From Rhizodiscina lignyota (taxonomy: Eukaryota): 64,000 nt of DNA. A model generated the notes under the pieces. That model was not told where the DNA came from. It did no database searches and saw nothing but the letters and a program-made list of their open reading frames with translations. Made by a program: the position numbers and the translations under genes. This document shows, in pieces, positions 35,121 to 46,732 of this stretch (within the stretch, counting starts at the first letter, position 1; every line of letters starts with the position of its first letter). The stretch is taken from the NCBI GenBank assembly GCA_010015805.1, contig ML978122.1:1336453-1400452 (forward strand). The letters are read 5' to 3'.

Positions 35121-37438
35121 GTGTTTGAAGATATGGTGGGTAGAAGTATATTTGAAGATGGCGTGTTTGAAGATGGTGTGTTTGAGCGTGTTTGCAGTAT
35201 GCCGAGCAGCTATATGCTTTGAGCATATTACAGATATACCGATGCTCGTCGAGGATTCAAGAGAGTCAGGTCATTACCGATTTCTAGAACCAGATTCAAC
35301 CCAACCGGCATTCCCATCAAGTTACGGAAGGTACGGAGTAGATGCGTGTTGAAGCCTGAAGAGAGATTAGCTTTATGTCATGACAATTGCGAAGTATCGA
35401 ATTCAGAAGCGAATCGTTCCATCTAGATTTGCTAACAGGCTCTGATAGGGGCTTGAAAGCAATCAAACACGAAAGCATGGCCAAATGATCAGGTGTTGCA
35501 ATCTGTAGGCGGCTGCCATTGTCATCGTTGAGGGCTGTCTTGGATGCTTCATAGCATATCTGCTCGATCTAGTTGGCTAAATCAAACAATTGTGCTTGCT
35601 CACTGTGGTCTCTCGTTGATTGGGCCAAGGCCGTGTGAACATTTCTGTAAAATGAAGGCCAGTGTTGCGGTACGAAAGTTTTGTATCAAATGATAGTGGA
35701 TTAATCAATTCTAGACATTCCGTGAAATCCATCAATGGTCTCAAGAGCACAGATCGAGAGGATTCCGTGTTTCGTTCCAATTTCCAAGACAGTCCGCTTC
35801 TGCGAAGGAGGGGAGGCCATCGTTCTAGCTTCTCCGTTCTAAAGGACGGAGGAACTCGACGCATCGTAACTCCGAGCATGATTAAGCGTCCTGCCGACCG
35901 ACACATACACATTTATCAGCGATGGAGTAAAGGTTCTCCATGTGATGAAATATCTAAGTCTGAGTCGGGCAGTTGCCGGAATATTCTCAAGTTCCGCCCG
36001 CCGACGTTGTGCCAAGACTTTCGTCCGCGGACGAAGACTGTAGCAACAGCAACAACTGCTTTTCAAGATCAAATCTCTTCCAGAGATATTCGGACCGTCG
36101 TTTCATTTATAAGCTCTGCTAATGATCCGAGAATGCATCTCTGTGACAATGATGGTGGGAAATATGGTGAGTTGAGAATTTAAAGGCGAGTCCCGAACAT
36201 GAAGATCACAAGGGACCATGACGACGATGAAAGATCAACTAACTCACGGCCCAGGGTCGATAATTACTTTTGTCAGTATAGGTAGTTCATCATAGGGTTA
36301 CTGCAGTTCGGGCTAAGATGGTACCTAATCACCAGATCGCCGACAAGCACCGAAGGGTCTGCAGAACTGGCCGACCTACGTCGAATTGCATCGCCCTGCA
36401 TCTGCAATGTTTGCTGTATGATTCATTGCATCAGTACTTCTCTGCTCAGGACCAGCGATAAGGTAAATCTCAAGTTTCTATTATGGTTTGTAGTTGACAT
36501 TCTGAGCGTCGCATCGCCTATCGAACGCTGGTTGCGTCATTCCTGTGATCCTCGTGTCAAATGATCCATCCTTCCACGATGCATAGCGTCACGATCGATA
36601 GTTATCTTTGAACCTCCATACTGTGCCTTCAAGTTGGTGAAGATCAGGGTCTAAAAGCCTTCCAGAGAAAGCGAGCGAAAGCGCGTGCAAAGATGTAGGG
36701 CTGAAGTTTCGGCGCCGGAACGGAACCTCGCATGAGGATGAGTTCGGCGGTCGAATGGCGCGAGCCGCGACTTGTGGAGCAAACCCTGAACGTCATCGCC
36801 AAACTTGCGACGTCCACTCCATCGCCTACTATTTCCCGGCCTAGAGCACTCAGGAAGACCCTTGGATCCACTGGGGACGTCACCGAGAGTTTAGTCAGAC
36901 CTTGTAGCCTATACTTCGCGCCTATTCAGAAGGCGAATAGCAGGTGGGAGTCGGAAAAGGCGCTGTTCGTGCGCCGAATTTGTTTCCACATTCCAGAACC
37001 ATGCAGGGCAAGTTCTCGTTATCATTCGCTGAACCCGGCGTGAATCGCCTTCCGCTTCCTTTGTTCCTCGCTTGGCATGCTCCGATCTCTGAGATCTCTG
37101 CCTGGCACCTTGTATGACTGACGAAAGCATGCGCTCGCGCTTCGGGCTGTTCGTTAGAAAACTTAAGGCCGCCTCCGCCTTACCTAGACACGAGAGGAAG
37201 GAGGCAGGCAACACAAAATATAAGGGTCCTGCATGTGCCACCTTATTGTAAAATTGCCATGTTGTAATTCTGAAAACACCTCATCGAGCGTGAATTGTAC
37301 ATACCTTGGCCACTCGAATAAACTGGCCCAGCAACGGCCCCAGACCAACCTCGACGACCACTATCAAACCCCTCAAGATCGCAGATAGAAGCTTCGTGAC
37401 GGGTACGTATTGCTGTATAGACAGCAATTCCTCTCGCG

Positions 37439-38762
37439 ATGGCGCCCTATCGTCCTCAAACCTGGAGTCTGGGTGGAAAGCCCACCGTGGGTACTGATGT
37501 GCCTATTACCGCCGTATACCTCGCGCTGTACATATGCGGAGCAATAACACACATGACGATTTTCCAAAAGAACAAGCGGAGAGGCCATAAATTCCTCATG
37601 TCTGGTCTCCTATTCGGTACGTCGTATCTCTTCCAGGTGGACAGCCATCTCTTACTCAGGGCCTATCGCTGACATGAATTTTCCAGGCTTTTGTATGGCT
37701 CGGACAGTAACTTGCACATTACGCATTGCCTCCATCTGCCTATCTGACGACATTCCTCTTTCCATCGCCGCAGCCATCTTCGTCGCGGCAGGCGTTGTCA
37801 TCATCTACATCGTCAACCTCATCTTCACACAACGAATCGTTCGCGCTCAGCACCAAAATTCAGGATGGCATCCGCTGTTCAAGGCCTTCTTCATTGCCAT
37901 CTACGTTATCATCATCCTGACACTCCTCATGCTCATTACATCTGTCGTACAGAGCTATTACACCCTGAGCTCCAATACGCACAGGATCGATCGGGACATC
38001 CAGCTCTACGGCGCGACCATGTATGCGGTAATCTCGTTTCTGCCGATTCCAATTATCTTCTTCTCCCTGATTGTACCTCGTCGTGTTCGCACCGACAAAT
38101 TTGGCTCTGGCCGCTTCAGGACGAAGATTGTCGTTTTGCTGCTGGCTGCCACCCTTATCTGTTGCGGCGCTTGCTACCGAGCTGGCTCCTCCTGGGTCAC
38201 GCCAGTTCCGACCCAGAATCCGGTCCCTTGGTATCATCACCGCGTATACTTCTACGTTTTTGACTTCAGTGTTGAGGTACTAGTCGTCTATCTCTACGCA
38301 TTCTTGCGCGTGGATAAGCGATTCCACATTCCTGACGGCGCACATGGACCTGGTTCATATCGCGCTGGAGCCGCAAAGGCAGAGGAGCACCGGCGACACT
38401 CAAGCTTTAATGTCTACAGCGAGGAAGAGACATTTGATGATGTCGAAGACGATACGAGACCACCGACCGGCTCGATGGACAAAGAGAAAGATCTCGAGAG
38501 TGGGCTTGAACACGAGCCTGAGGACAAGCCGGCCACTATTGCGGGACCTCAATATCCTGCAGGTGTCGAGCTTACTCGACCAGACTCTGCTCACACGGAG
38601 ACGACTATTCGAGCGCCGCAATATGGGTCGACATTGGGTCTGCCAATGCCTGAACTCGACCAGAGATTATCTGGATCAACCCACCTCGCCAGCGAGGCGG
38701 CGATGAGCCGAGAGGGTTTGAAGATTGAATCGAGCAACACTCCGGACAAGGAAAATCACTGA
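37439..38762 (+). CDS. Multi-pass membrane protein, DUF3112/RTA1-like (2 exons)
   Basis: Intron 37617-37686 joins ...GHKFLMSGLLFG|FCMARTVTCTLRIAS. About 7 hydrophobic segments; motifs GGKPT..DVPI, NLIFTQRIVRAQH..GWH, DKFGSG, RVDKRFHIPDGA. Confidence 0.85.
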
Positions 38763-39256
38763 GGATATGACGAAAATATTTGATGATGGCATTTGATTCA
38801 AGCGGTGTTTGCATAGCGCGGCGTTCGATCCTGCTAAAATAAGCGGGAGTTTTGCTATTGGCGTTTTGATAGAGATGATAAAGATGGTCTTGCTTAACCG
38901 GCAACATAATGAATACCATGAAAGATATTTTGCACACGATAGAGATAAAACCAAAGAATGAAGTTAATCTCCAGACCGCTTTCCTCCGTCTTACTCCTGA
39001 CATGTTTTGCGTCTCATTGCACCATGGCAGTAGTTATAGTGTCGCGATATTTCCAAGCTCGGGCCATTTCGACATCGAAATTCTGATGCTCACGTTTCAA
39101 GCACAGTTTGACTCACGTTTTTCAATGACTACACCTTCTTGTCTCCTCCGCAATACCTTCACCTTCTCTGTTAAACTTGCTACACACAGCTCTCCTCTTT
39201 CAAAAATTCGAAAGACCCGTATCAGCGCTGCAATTGCCGGTCCCACTTTGCGCACA

Positions 39257-40783
39257 ATGGCCGCTTTACCTTCCCTCGACGAGAAACTGACGTCTCTTCT
39301 TGTGCGCACATTCCCTTCTGCAGATACGTCAAGCAGCGATGCGGCAAAGTTGTCAGGCGCCATCTTCGGCGGAGAAGGAGAAGGAAAAGTTCAGTATACG
39401 GATGGGGAGAAAGCAGAGATAAACCAGTGGGCTATCACAGCTTCTCATATTGGTATGGCTTTCAAGCTTTCATCTTCTCGGCTTCTTTTACTATGTGCAA
39501 TCATAGCAGGCAAATATTCGCGCGTTTAAAATTGCTAACAAGGCCATTGGACAGGCTCTTCTACTGAAGATGGCCCCAAGCAAACTGCCCGTCTGCAGAC
39601 ACTCAACACCCACCTCTCCTCCCGCACGACACTGCTAGGTTCCAAACCCTCTATTGCAGATGTAGTCATCTTCTCAAACACCGCGCCGCTCATCTCTTCG
39701 TGGTCAAGCCAGGAGCGCACAGGCGAGCAAGGCTACCACCACATTGTGCGACACGCAGACTTCGTGCAGCACTCGCCTCTCTTCGGCCCGCTCAAGCTCG
39801 AGGATAGCGAGAAGGTAAAAATCGATGTCGATGAAGTTGTAAGCCCCATCAAGCCCGTCGACGCAAAAGCCGAGAAGGAGAAGAAGAAGCGCGAAAAGGA
39901 GGAGTTGGCGAAAGCTGGGGCGGCCAGTGCTGCCGCGGCAGGAGCCACGACGACAAGCGCGGCCCCAGATGCAGCGACGGATTCTCAGAAGTCGAGCAAG
40001 TTGGACAAGATAAAGGACAAGGCGGAGCAGATAGGTGCTGCGGCTGCATCGGCAGTGGGTGTGTCAGACGCGGCGCGCGAGGCGCAGGCAAAGAAAAAGG
40101 CAGACAAGGAGGCGAAGAAGGCCGACAAGAAGGGCAAGGAGCCGAAGCAGCAGCCCCCGAAACCAGCAGACAAGCCGCTCAGCCCAAGCCTAATTGATCT
40201 GAGAGTGGGGCACATCTTGAAGGCGGTGCAGCATCCCAATGCGGACTCGCTGTACGTGAGTACGATCGCGGTGGGCGACCCTGCTGGTACGGAAAACACG
40301 AGCGAATACGAAGGGCAGGTGGTCAGGACGGTGTGCAGTGGACTCAGCGGGAGGGTGCCGTTGGAAGAGATGCAGGGACGGAAGGTCGTGGTAGTGTGCA
40401 ATCTCAAGCCCGTCACTATGCGCGGCATCAAGTCGTGTGCGATGGTATTAGCTGCTTCACCACGACCAGCAGAGGGAGAGGATGGCCATCACTCGAGCGT
40501 TGTCGAGCTGGTAACCCCTCCGGCAGACAGCAAGGCTGGCGAGAGAGTATATGTGGATGGATGGGAATCAGACGAGCCTGAAGGCATCCTGAATCCTAAG
40601 AAGAAGGTCTGGGAGAGCATACAGCCTGGATATCAGACCAGTGATGAGTTGGAGATGGAGTGGGATGTCGGGAAGACGCCCCTCGCAGGTGAAGGCGAGA
40701 ACAAGAAGAGCGGTGTTGCGAAGCTGAGGACGAAGGAAGGAACATGTACCGTGAAGAACCTCAAGGGAGCATCGATATCATAG
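39257..40783 (+). CDS. ARC1: tRNA-aminoacylation cofactor Arc1 (GST-like N-domain plus OB-fold tRNA-binding domain); 2 exons
   Basis: Intron from 39453 to about 39554. GST-like LNTHLSSRTTLLGSKPSIAD, Lys/Ala-rich linker, and IDLRVGHILKAVQHPNADSLYVS, VCSGL, VCNLKPVTMRGIKSCAMVLAAS, LNPKKKVWESIQP. Confidence 0.92.
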
Positions 40784-41072
40784 AGCTTAACTTAGAAGGA
40801 ATGGTGCATCCTAGAAAGGGCTTGCCTGGGCAATTCGGATGTAGAACTACTTGTGCAAGTAGAGAGTCGAAATCAAAAGCGAATAGACTTTATGATCACT
40901 GCCAACAACCAACGGGAAGGATTGCAGATCTGGTCCGATGATGCCCTGAGACGCTTCGTCTTCTCTATTATCTTTAGCTGAGTACATCTTCTGACTGGGT
41001 TCTCGTCGAGTTTCGTAATGATGTACAGTCTAGTTGACACGACCATGTGAAGCCCTTGGAAACGCCATAAAA

Positions 41073-42300
41073 CTAGAGCTTAGATGCAAAAGTTTTGTCC
41101 ACAAAGACCCTGATGTCGTCGTGATACTTCTTCGCCTTGCTGAGGATCGTTATATTATGCCAGCCATGCGGCACTCCTGAGTATATTTCTAACTGCACAG
41201 GAACTCCGGCCTCTTTGAGTCTGTCTGCATACGCAATGCCTTCGTCGCGCAAGGGATCGACCCCTGCGATCAAGATTACTAGTTCATGTCAGCGTATTGT
41301 TTCATTAACGTGTGGTGAATGCAACGATGAGCTCACAGGCTGGTGGTAGCCCCGAGAGACTCTCAGCTAGCAAAGGGCTGTGGAGAGTATCTGGTTGTGG
41401 ATCTGGCACGTAAAGGTCCCAGAACCACATCATCCGTTCCTTATTCAGGCCTGGGGCATCCGCGTTCGTCTCGAACGAATCCAACTCGAAGTGAGCCTTT
41501 GGGAAGAAAGCTGGATGGCAAGTTACAGGATTGCCTGCAATCACGCCGACGATGCCGTTAATCTTTTCATCGAGGGCTATTTGAGACAAGATAAAGGCCT
41601 AGCTTGGCATTAGCGTGAAGGACAAGCAGTTTTGTGGAAGCGAACAGAGAGAGGATAGCATACTAGGTTGCCGCCTGCACTGCTGCCGGCAAGAATGATG
41701 CGATTTTTATCAATGCCGAGAGTGTCCGCGTTCTCTATACACCACTTGAGGGCATCAAGGCTATCGTTTACGGCATACGGGAACTTGAACTCAGGCGCCC
41801 TGAGTGTACATGTGACATAAGTCAAAGTATCTAATTGTGGAAATAGGGGGTGATATACTAACATCCGATAGTCGACGCTGATGACTACAGCGCCATTCCG
41901 CCCGGCAATGTATTTGTTCATTGTCTCCTCCGCACCGTGGACTCCGATAACCCAACCTGCGAGGGGGATCTCATAAGCTCGATCTTCGTTGAACGGGGTC
42001 AAGTACATGCTCACCTCCACCGTGCGTAACGAAGACGAGCGGGGCCTGAGGCTGTACGCTCTTCGGTTTGTAGATTCGGATGCCTATCTTCGCGCCATCT
42101 CGCACGGGAATCTCTTGGTCCTCAATCGTCAGAACGTCGGTGCCGGGCAGGTCCTCAGGCCTTGGCATCGCGTCGCCGCCAAAGGCCACCCTCATCTGCT
42201 CTAGAGGCAGAGAGAACAGAGCGTCGGTGGCCTTTTCGGCGACCTCTTTAATGGCCGCGAACTCTGGATCGAGGGCAGAATGATGCGCGTACTTGGACAT
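41073..42300 (-). CDS. Alpha/beta hydrolase fold-3 (HSL-family) esterase/lipase, multi-exon
   Basis: HGGG oxyanion motif, SVDYR..APE..FP, nucleophile GSSAGGN, SPLL..LSGLPP, DPLRDEG, GVPHGW, distributed over exons with GT-AG introns. Confidence 0.92.
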
Positions 42301-43011
42301 TTTGGTAGGATTGTGCGGTTTAGCTGGTAACTAGGAAAATCCAATGTCCACACCACGGCGAGGCTAGTAGATAACGTATACTCTTGCTTTGGAATCTAGA
42401 AATACTTTCTGAGGCCTCCGCGGAGACTTTGAGACGAAAGGAGGCCTGATTGGGCAATAACGACGAAGCAGCCAAACAGAATGTGATTGACAGTAAGCAG
42501 AGGAGAAAGATAATCGGTATACTCACCATACACTATTCCCGGAGCCAAGTTGAAGCAACTGCCCGGTTGCCCGAACGTGAGTCGTAGTGCCTAGGTAGCT
42601 GGAGGGACTTAGATAGCGGGGTTGGAAATGCATTGCCGTCCGCGTCACGCCGTAAGTTCCGAATGGCTGGCCTTTTGCCCACTCAGTGGTGCTGCTCCTC
42701 GCCCTCCACAAAGTGGATATGCCTCGGTGGCTTAGGAGAATGGATCCTTTTAAGTACAGGGAGAGTGAGGCAGCTCGGCTTTCCTGCCGTGCCACAGCCG
42801 TGACTCGTGCGAAAGGCCGTGGGGGCGCTCCACCTCTCCTCCAAACAGTCAAGCTGACATATCTGCCAAATTTAGACTAGTAATCTCGAGACGACGCGAA
42901 GTCTCATCGCTTTGTCAAATTCACGGTATGCTATGCCATGTGCCTGAAGCGAACGTGCAGATCTTTACAACGTGCCAGCTCTAGAAGACGATCGCTTCCA
43001 CTCCCGGCCGG

Positions 43012-44814
43012 ATGAAGAATGGAACGAATGGCGTGCCTGCTCCAAGGTCCTTCGGCTGCTGGACATGCCGCTTACGTCGCAAAAAGTGCGACGAGAGCAA
43101 ACCGCACTGCCATGCGTGCACGGCAAGAAAGATAGAATGCTACGGGTACGGCGCGAAGCCGGAGTGGATGGACGGCGGCGAGAGGGAGCGGGCCGTGCTG
43201 GAGCGCCTGCAAGATGCCGTCAAGACGAATCTGAGGCAGCAGAGACGCGAACAGCGCGAGCGTGAGCGCGAAGCCCTCAGACGCGAAGAATCAATGCCGT
43301 CGACAAAGAGTGATCATTCAAATTCACCGCAGCAGGACTATATTACTAGAACGCTGCCGTCGATAAGTTCCCTGATACCGACCATCGCACCAGGACCACT
43401 GGCAACATCGAACCCCTGGAGTGGTTCTCCCCCAGCAACTCCTGGCACAAATCCCTCTTTCTACGGACGCTTTGGAAGCCACCGTGAGGCCGAGTTGTTG
43501 ATGCATTATCTGGATCGCGTTTTTGTTCTTCAATTTCCCTTCTACAGCCCCTCCGTGCAGGCAGGGGGACGGGGCTGGCTCCTATGGCTGTTCACAGAGA
43601 CTCGACCTCTTTACTTCGCTGCGTTGAGTCTGAGCGCTCTTCATCAGCATTTGGTCCTGAACCGAGGCGACGAGACATTACAGGAGCTTAATGAGCATCA
43701 CAACCGGACGCTGTCCGAACTGCTCATCTGCCTGAAGACAATTTCCCAGCAAGACGTTCCTCCTGGGGGCATTGTAGCTCAGCAGCTACAAGTGCTGGCG
43801 TGCGGAACCTCATTGATTAGCTTCGAGGTGAGTCATTGTTAATAACCATCGAAGCATCGTGTCATATTTCGTTCATCTCGAGTGTCCCGTATTGCTGACA
43901 TATCAAAGCTCTTCCGAGGTGGAGTGAGCGAGTGGCTAGTGCATCTTCGTGGTCTAACAACCACCATCATCGAGACTATCCCAACTCGCGCAAGCATCTT
44001 TTCTGGGTCGCTGGAAGAGAAGGCCTTGAAGTTCTTCACGAGCGTCGCTATCGTATTCGACCTGTTGGCCTGTGCGTCGAGCCGTAAAGCTCCACATCTC
44101 ATGGAGTACTACGACAAGGTGTTACCGTGGGCAACGCTGTCAGATATACTTGGCTGTGATACGTGGGCTATGCTTACCATTGCGGAAATCGCCGCTCTCC
44201 ACGAGTGGAAAGTAAAAGAGGACATGAATGGGACGCTCAGCATGTGGAACCTGGTCGAACGCGGTCGCGCAATCCAAGCAGGCCTGGATGAAAAGATCGC
44301 CTCCTTGAATCAGTATCTTCAGGGCCAGAGTCCTTCGGCCAAGGGCAGCAGCCCACAGACGCACCTTATTGACCTTATCACTCTGGTGTATGCTCATGCG
44401 TCCAAGGTGTACTTGCATACTGTGATCTCCGGTGCGAACGGAGCCATTCCTGAGGTTGCTGCAGCGGTTCGAGAAACTCTACTGGCCATCAGGAATGTTG
44501 TTGCAGTTACAGATAAGCACATTATTCGTGCACTCGTGTGGCCAGTATGTATTGCTGGCTGCATGGCTTCCAATCCAGGATTCTCAACATCACAGGACTC
44601 ATCGGCCGGCCCGAACGAGACTGCAGATCTAACAGAAGATTTCAGGAAACTCATTACTGACATGGGAAGCGAAGCACTACAGTTTGGCAACTCTTCCGTT
44701 GTCCTGAAAGTGATGGAGACCTGTTGGCGCCAAAGGGCACAAGCAGGAAACAACCGAGACTGTGACTGGTATACCGCTATGGAAACATCAAACATGAATG
44801 TGCTGCTTGTATGA
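43012..44814 (+). CDS. Zn(II)2Cys6 transcription factor with fungal-specific C-terminal domain (2 exons)
   Basis: CWTCRLRRKKCDESKPHCHACTARKIEC cluster and LLMHYLDRVFVLQFPFY..GGRGWL. Intron 43828-43908 joins SFE|LFRGG; C-terminal LVWPVCIAGCMA. Confidence 0.93.
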
Positions 44815-44903
44815 CATGACCCGGAGCACACGGGTAATTACATGTGATAAAAAAAAAGCAGAGAAAGAGCATGTGGAATCGTGGCAGCTGAAGTCTTATG
44901 CTG

Positions 44904-46732
44904 TCATGCAGCTGTCCTAATCGCCCCGAGCGCACCTTCATTCTTCCAACCTTCCACGGCGGACAGTGTGATTGGCGCAGTTGATTTGAACACCTCTGCC
45001 TTTGGATTTACAACAGCGTCGATGGCGCTCATGACCTCGAGCACTCTCTCTTCTTGGAGTCGGGATGTAACAAGCTGCAGCGATATTGGAGCGTCCTTGT
45101 ACTTTTCGGGGCTGTACTGCTGGCGATATTCCTCATCAATCGGTCCCATGGAGGGAACGCGAGCCGGATAAATATCCCAGGTATCGGTATTCCGCACAGT
45201 CCCGACCGGCATAACCGCGGCGGACAGATCCAGGCTATTGAAAACGCTAGTGTAGCCCCAGTAATGGCATTCATCGTGGGCGGAAGCGACGGAAGCATGT
45301 GCTGGACAGAGAAGAGCATTAATGCCTAATTCTCGCCATTGGACTGCCCACTGTGTTCGCAAACGATCCCGTTGGGAATTAACCTTCGACAGTTAGTTTG
45401 TGTTCCTTGCATGGGCTTGCGAATACGTTACCTTCCAAGTTTCTTCTATGGAGCACGAAGATCCCGCCAAGCTCAGGAACCACTCCAGGGACGGGACGGG
45501 AGGCTCGCTTCCCAGGTCCATTGTGTCAGTATACTCTCGGCCGGCATCGAGAAGGTACGCGCGGTTTGCCCAGTGGAAGAGCTCCTCATGGTACTTGGGA
45601 TCCCAGTTCACAATCGTGTGACCATGAGCCTTCAGCGTCTTGACCGTTTCTTCAAGAGCTCTGCGGACGGGAGGATGCGGTAGGACAACACCATCATGCC
45701 ACATGACGGCAATCTTAAGCTTCTCAGGCATAGATACGGACCTCCAGGGAATCTCGATCAAGCTCGGCTCATGATCCCATGGGTTGGCGTCTAAAACCAC
45801 GTTGCAGAAGAGTTTCAGGTCGTCCACGGAATTGGCCATAGGGCCGACCGCGCCGATGATGTTTTCCATACCGCCGTGGATGCCAGACAGCCCTCCATGT
45901 GGTATGCGTGCCACACTAGGTTTGAGGCCGTAGCCACCCGAGAAGGCACTTGGTGCTCTTATAGAACCTCCAATGTCGGTGCCGATGCCCAATGGGCTCC
46001 CTCGCATGGCGATGAGAGCGCCTTCGCCTCCTGAGCTGCCGCCGGGCGTCAAGTTGCGGTTGTGAGGATTAGTCGTACGGCCGAACAAGTTGCTGTCACA
46101 CTCAAGCGACATGAGGCACTGTGGATTGGTGGTCTTGACGTGGAAAACGGCGCCCGCATCGCGAAGACACTTGACGATGAGCGCATCTCCTGGGCTGCCA
46201 TCATCGGCCCAAGCAATCAACGCTGATGTTGCAGTCGTCCCCTCAAGGTAGATATGCTCCTTGACGGAAATCGGCAAGCCATGGAGCGGACCCTTCGGCT
46301 TGCCATGGCGACGCATGTACTCATCGCATGCTGCAGCGTCTGCGAGCGCTTCCTCGAAAAGTACGACGGCGAGGCAGTTTGTCTGGGGAGTCGGGGTTAT
46401 TATAATGCTCTTCCGAGACGACGTGGTCGTGATCGACAAGCACTTACTAATTGATGTGCAATCGCAGCACGCTTACAAAAAGCAGTCGTCACTTCGACGG
46501 AAGTGCATATTCCAGTTTGGAGTGCCTGGACGAGGTCCACTGCGCGCGCTTCTGTGATACGCAGTTCTCGTGGTGTTAGGATGTTGCTTTCGTAAGGGAC
46601 TTGCAGGACATTGTCCCCTTTGGTCAAGGATGAAGGAAGCCGCCATGCGGTTGGTATCTTCGAATCGATGTCGTGCTTTCTTCGAGCATGGACTGCTCTC
46701 CAGTTGTTGTCCATATTCTTCTTGGTTGGCAT
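44904..46732 (-). CDS. Amidase-signature family enzyme (acetamidase/general amidase-like); 3 exons
   Basis: Introns 46447-46383 and 45431-45384. Motifs AFCKRAAIAHQL|TNCL, GPLHGLPISVKE, GGSSGGEGAL, GTDIGGSIRAPS, YWGYTSVFNSLD. The start is ATG 46732 or the next in-frame ATG. Confidence 0.93.

Noticed and set aside
34981..35352. 123-aa ORF with repeated EVCLQK motifs; also considered the array as CRISPR-like or telomeric
   Set aside because: It is a translation of the 14-bp minisatellite. There are no unique spacers, the genome is eukaryotic, and the unit is not TTAGGG.
35662..36183. 173-aa ORF and overlapping antisense ORFs
   Set aside because: Non-ATG start, no recognisable motif or splice structure; may be an eroded gene but unsupported.
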